Of a DNA stretch of 64,000 nucleotides, positions 61,813 through 64,000 are shown piece after piece. Numbering within the stretch: the stretch's first letter is position 1; each line of letters starts with the position of its first letter. Origin of the DNA: an uncultured bacterium. GTDB taxonomy: Bacteria; Desulfobacterota; Deferrimicrobia; J040. The notes under the pieces are model-generated. The model ran no database searches, was not told the origin of the DNA, and saw nothing but the letters and a program-made list of their open reading frames with translations. Where the stretch lies: contig CAYSCN010000001.1 of NCBI GenBank assembly GCA_964429585.1, positions 49,809-113,808 on the forward strand, written 5' to 3'. The position numbers and the translations under genes were made by a program.

Positions 61813-63483
61813 GTGCTCCGTGAGATCAGGGTGAAAAACGTGGCTCTCCTCCAGGATGTGAGGGTTGAGTTCGAAGAAGGATTCAACGTGATAACTGGTG
61901 AGACCGGAGCGGGGAAATCCATCCTGATCGAGTCGCTCAAGCTCGCTCTAGGAGAGAGAGTGCCGCCTTCGCTCGTTCCGAAGGAGGGAGCCGCCACGGT
62001 GGAGATGGTATACGAAATGGGAGAAGACGTTGATGAGTTCAGGGTGCTGCTCGAGAATGCGGGTGTGGAGTACGGAGATGACCTGATTCTCAGGAGAGTG
62101 GTCAATCCCACCGGGAGGAGCAGGTGTTTCGTGAACGACTCAGCTGTGACGGGCAAGTTGCTGTCCGAGCTCACCTCGTCTCTTGTGAACGTTCTGGGTC
62201 AGCACGCCCTTCAGAAACTGTTCGGCGCCAGAACCGCCGCAGCGATTCTCGATGAATACGCCGGCTGTGGGTCACTCCTCTCGGAATACGGCAGAAATTT
62301 CAGGGAATGGAGGAGGGTTCGCAGGGAAATTGAAGCCTTGCGACGCGAGTTGCCGCACCTCGAGGAGAGGGTCGCCTGGTTCGACGAAGCCATAGCAGAG
62401 CTAGAAAAGGCGGGGGTCTATCCCGGAGAAGAGGAAGAGATAGAGAAGGAACTCCCGGTCTTGAAGAACGCGGCTAAGATAAGGGACGCGCTTCAGAAAG
62501 CCTACGGTCTGATAAGCCAGAATGACGTCAACTGTCTTTCTCTCCTGAAGGAGGCATCGGATGTCCTCGAAGGGGTTGCGGAGTTCGACGTTAAATTGAA
62601 GGAATTTCTCGAGCTGTTGAATGGGCATCTGTACGGGCTTTCTGATTTGTCTCACGATCTGATTTCCAGGGCTTCTTCGGTTCCACTCGACGACGAGAGG
62701 TTCGACCGACTCACCGAGCGACTTTCTCTGATCAGGAAGCTTTCCAGGAAATACAGCGTTTTCCCGGACGAGCTCGAGGGAAAGCTCGTGGAGTTGAAGA
62801 GAGAGAGGGAAAAGTTGAAGGGGATTTCCGGTGAGCTGGAGGTGCTCCTGGAGAAGGAGAGAGAATTGAAAGAGAAAGTCCGGGCTCTGGGAAAGGAACT
62901 GTCCCGAAAGAGGAGCGATGCCATCCGTAATCTCGAGAAGGATGTTATGAAAGAGCTCGAAGACCTGGAGCTTGCCGGCGCCCGGTTCAAGGTCAACCTG
63001 GTGAAGAACGAAAACGGGGAGCCGGCGGCCTGGGGACTAGAGAGAGCGGAATTTCTCTTTTCTTCCACCGAAGATGTGGAGCCCGGCCCACTGGTGAGTA
63101 TCGCTTCGGGGGGAGAGCTCTCCAGAGTGATGCTGGCGATACACAATGCAGTCGCCGGGAAGGGGAAATTCAGGACTCTCATATTCGACGAGGTGGATTC
63201 GGGGATAGGAGGAAAGGTTGCCGAGAAAGTGGGTGAGAAACTCAAGTCTCTTTCTTCTTCCGCACAGGTGATATGCATAACTCACCTTCCGCAGATAGCA
63301 GCTCTGGCTAACCATCACGTAAAAGTGTTCAAGGAGGAAGCGGAGGGCAGGGTTAAGACGAGAGTGAAAATTCTCGGCCCAAGGGATAGGGTGGATGAGA
63401 TAGCGAGGATGGTGTCCGGGGTGAAAATCAGCGCCGAGGCGGTCAAGTATGCGGAGAATCTCCTTAAAAGGGGTGCTGGATGA
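61813..63483 (+). CDS. recN: DNA repair protein RecN
   Basis: TGETGAGKS, ASGGELSR, FDEVD, ITHLPQ. Confidence 0.95.
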   Translation: MLREIRVKNVALLQDVRVEFEEGFNVITGETGAGKSILIESLKLALGERVPPSLVPKEGAATVEMVYEMGEDVDEFRVLLENAGVEYGDDLILRRVVNPTGRSRCFVNDSAVTGKLLSELTSSLVNVLGQHALQKLFGARTAAAILDEYAGCGSLLSEYGRNFREWRRVRREIEALRRELPHLEERVAWFDEAIAELEKAGVYPGEEEEIEKELPVLKNAAKIRDALQKAYGLISQNDVNCLSLLKEASDVLEGVAEFDVKLKEFLELLNGHLYGLSDLSHDLISRASSVPLDDERFDRLTERLSLIRKLSRKYSVFPDELEGKLVELKREREKLKGISGELEVLLEKERELKEKVRALGKELSRKRSDAIRNLEKDVMKELEDLELAGARFKVNLVKNENGEPAAWGLERAEFLFSSTEDVEPGPLVSIASGGELSRVMLAIHNAVAGKGKFRTLIFDEVDSGIGGKVAEKVGEKLKSLSSSAQVICITHLPQIAALANHHVKVFKEEAEGRVKTRVKILGPRDRVDEIARMVSGVKISAEAVKYAENLLKRGAG

Positions 63484-63968
63484 AGATAAGGAGAGCCAAG
63501 ATAGCGGATGCGAAGGACATCCAGAAGCTCGTGAATACCTTTGCCGCCAGGGGGGAAATGCTTCCCAGGTCGTTGAGCGAGATTTACGAGAATATAAGAG
63601 ATTATTTCGTTTGCGAAAACGAAGATGGCGAAGTCGTCGGAGTGGCTGCTCTCCACGTCATGTGGGAGGACCTCGCTGAAATACGTTCACTGGCCGTGGC
63701 GGAAAGTGCGGCGGGCAGCGGCGTGGGCACCAGGCTGGCTCGCGCTTGTCTCAGAGAAGCCAGAGGCCTAGGAGTTAAAATGGTATTCGCCCTCACTTAC
63801 AGGGTCGGTTTCTTCCTGAAACTCGGTTTCGAAGAGGTGGACAAGGCCACCCTTCCGCAGAAGATATGGACGGATTGTCTCAAATGCTCGAAGTTCCCGG
63901 ACTGCGACGAGTCGGCGGTTGTCTACCGGCTCGAGAACAGGAAGAAGGGAGAGAAAGTTGATAGCTAG
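63480..63968 (+). CDS. argA: Short GNAT amino-acid N-acetyltransferase
   Basis: MLPRSLSEIYENIRDY, LAEIRSLAV, KIWTDCLKC. Confidence 0.8.
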   Translation: MKIRRAKIADAKDIQKLVNTFAARGEMLPRSLSEIYENIRDYFVCENEDGEVVGVAALHVMWEDLAEIRSLAVAESAAGSGVGTRLARACLREARGLGVKMVFALTYRVGFFLKLGFEEVDKATLPQKIWTDCLKCSKFPDCDESAVVYRLENRKKGEKVDS

Positions 63969-64000
63969 GATTGAAAGGCTTCTCGCAGGCGGAGGTTTGG
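63958..64000 (+). CDS. Partial CDS at window edge, possibly TRAM/RlmD-like RNA methyltransferase
   Basis: TTG start overlapping the argA end; MIARIERLLAGGGL; only 14 codons visible. Confidence 0.3.
   Translation, partial: MIARIERLLAGGGL

Overview
Bacterial chromosomal window, probably from an anaerobic deltaproteobacteria-like (Desulfobacterota sensu lato) organism. Frequent AGG/AGA and ATA codons and Glu/Lys-rich proteins hint at a thermophile; both points are inference. Left to right: norCB (cNOR) divergent from an octaheme HAO-family cytochrome, with two TTGAC-N4-GTCAA boxes between them; an ArsR-tusA-mvhD-hdrA(L)-hdrA-wHTH-qmoC-dsrE cluster with no hdrB or aprAB; a copper/metal island (ZraSR-like sigma54 two-component system, copA, small Cys/His/Met-rich proteins); a TetR-controlled RND pump; rubrerythrin; a 2-oxoacid:ferredoxin oxidoreductase operon with a GltD-like/delta fusion; a hybrid-kinase/HEAT/HD-GYP signalling block; tRNA-Arg(UCG) and tRNA-Lys(CUU); cfa; the mercury-methylation pair hgcAB; a fluoride riboswitch heading a Cys-rich orphan and a dynamin-like gene; an Ntn acylase; then housekeeping rarA, nadK, recN and argA. 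Three signals are not captured by the ORF track. (1) A duplicated sigma54 cassette (small membrane Gly/His/Cys protein, then a 17-26 aa HCxEGH micropeptide, then a conserved 28-nt H-type pseudoknot) occurs once in the copper island and once just downstream of hgcB. (2) The fluoride riboswitch sits upstream of a dynamin-like gene rather than a fluoride exporter. (3) An unassigned ATTCTAC-N5-GTAGAAT operator occurs at two promoters. All product calls come from motif recognition; no database searches were run.
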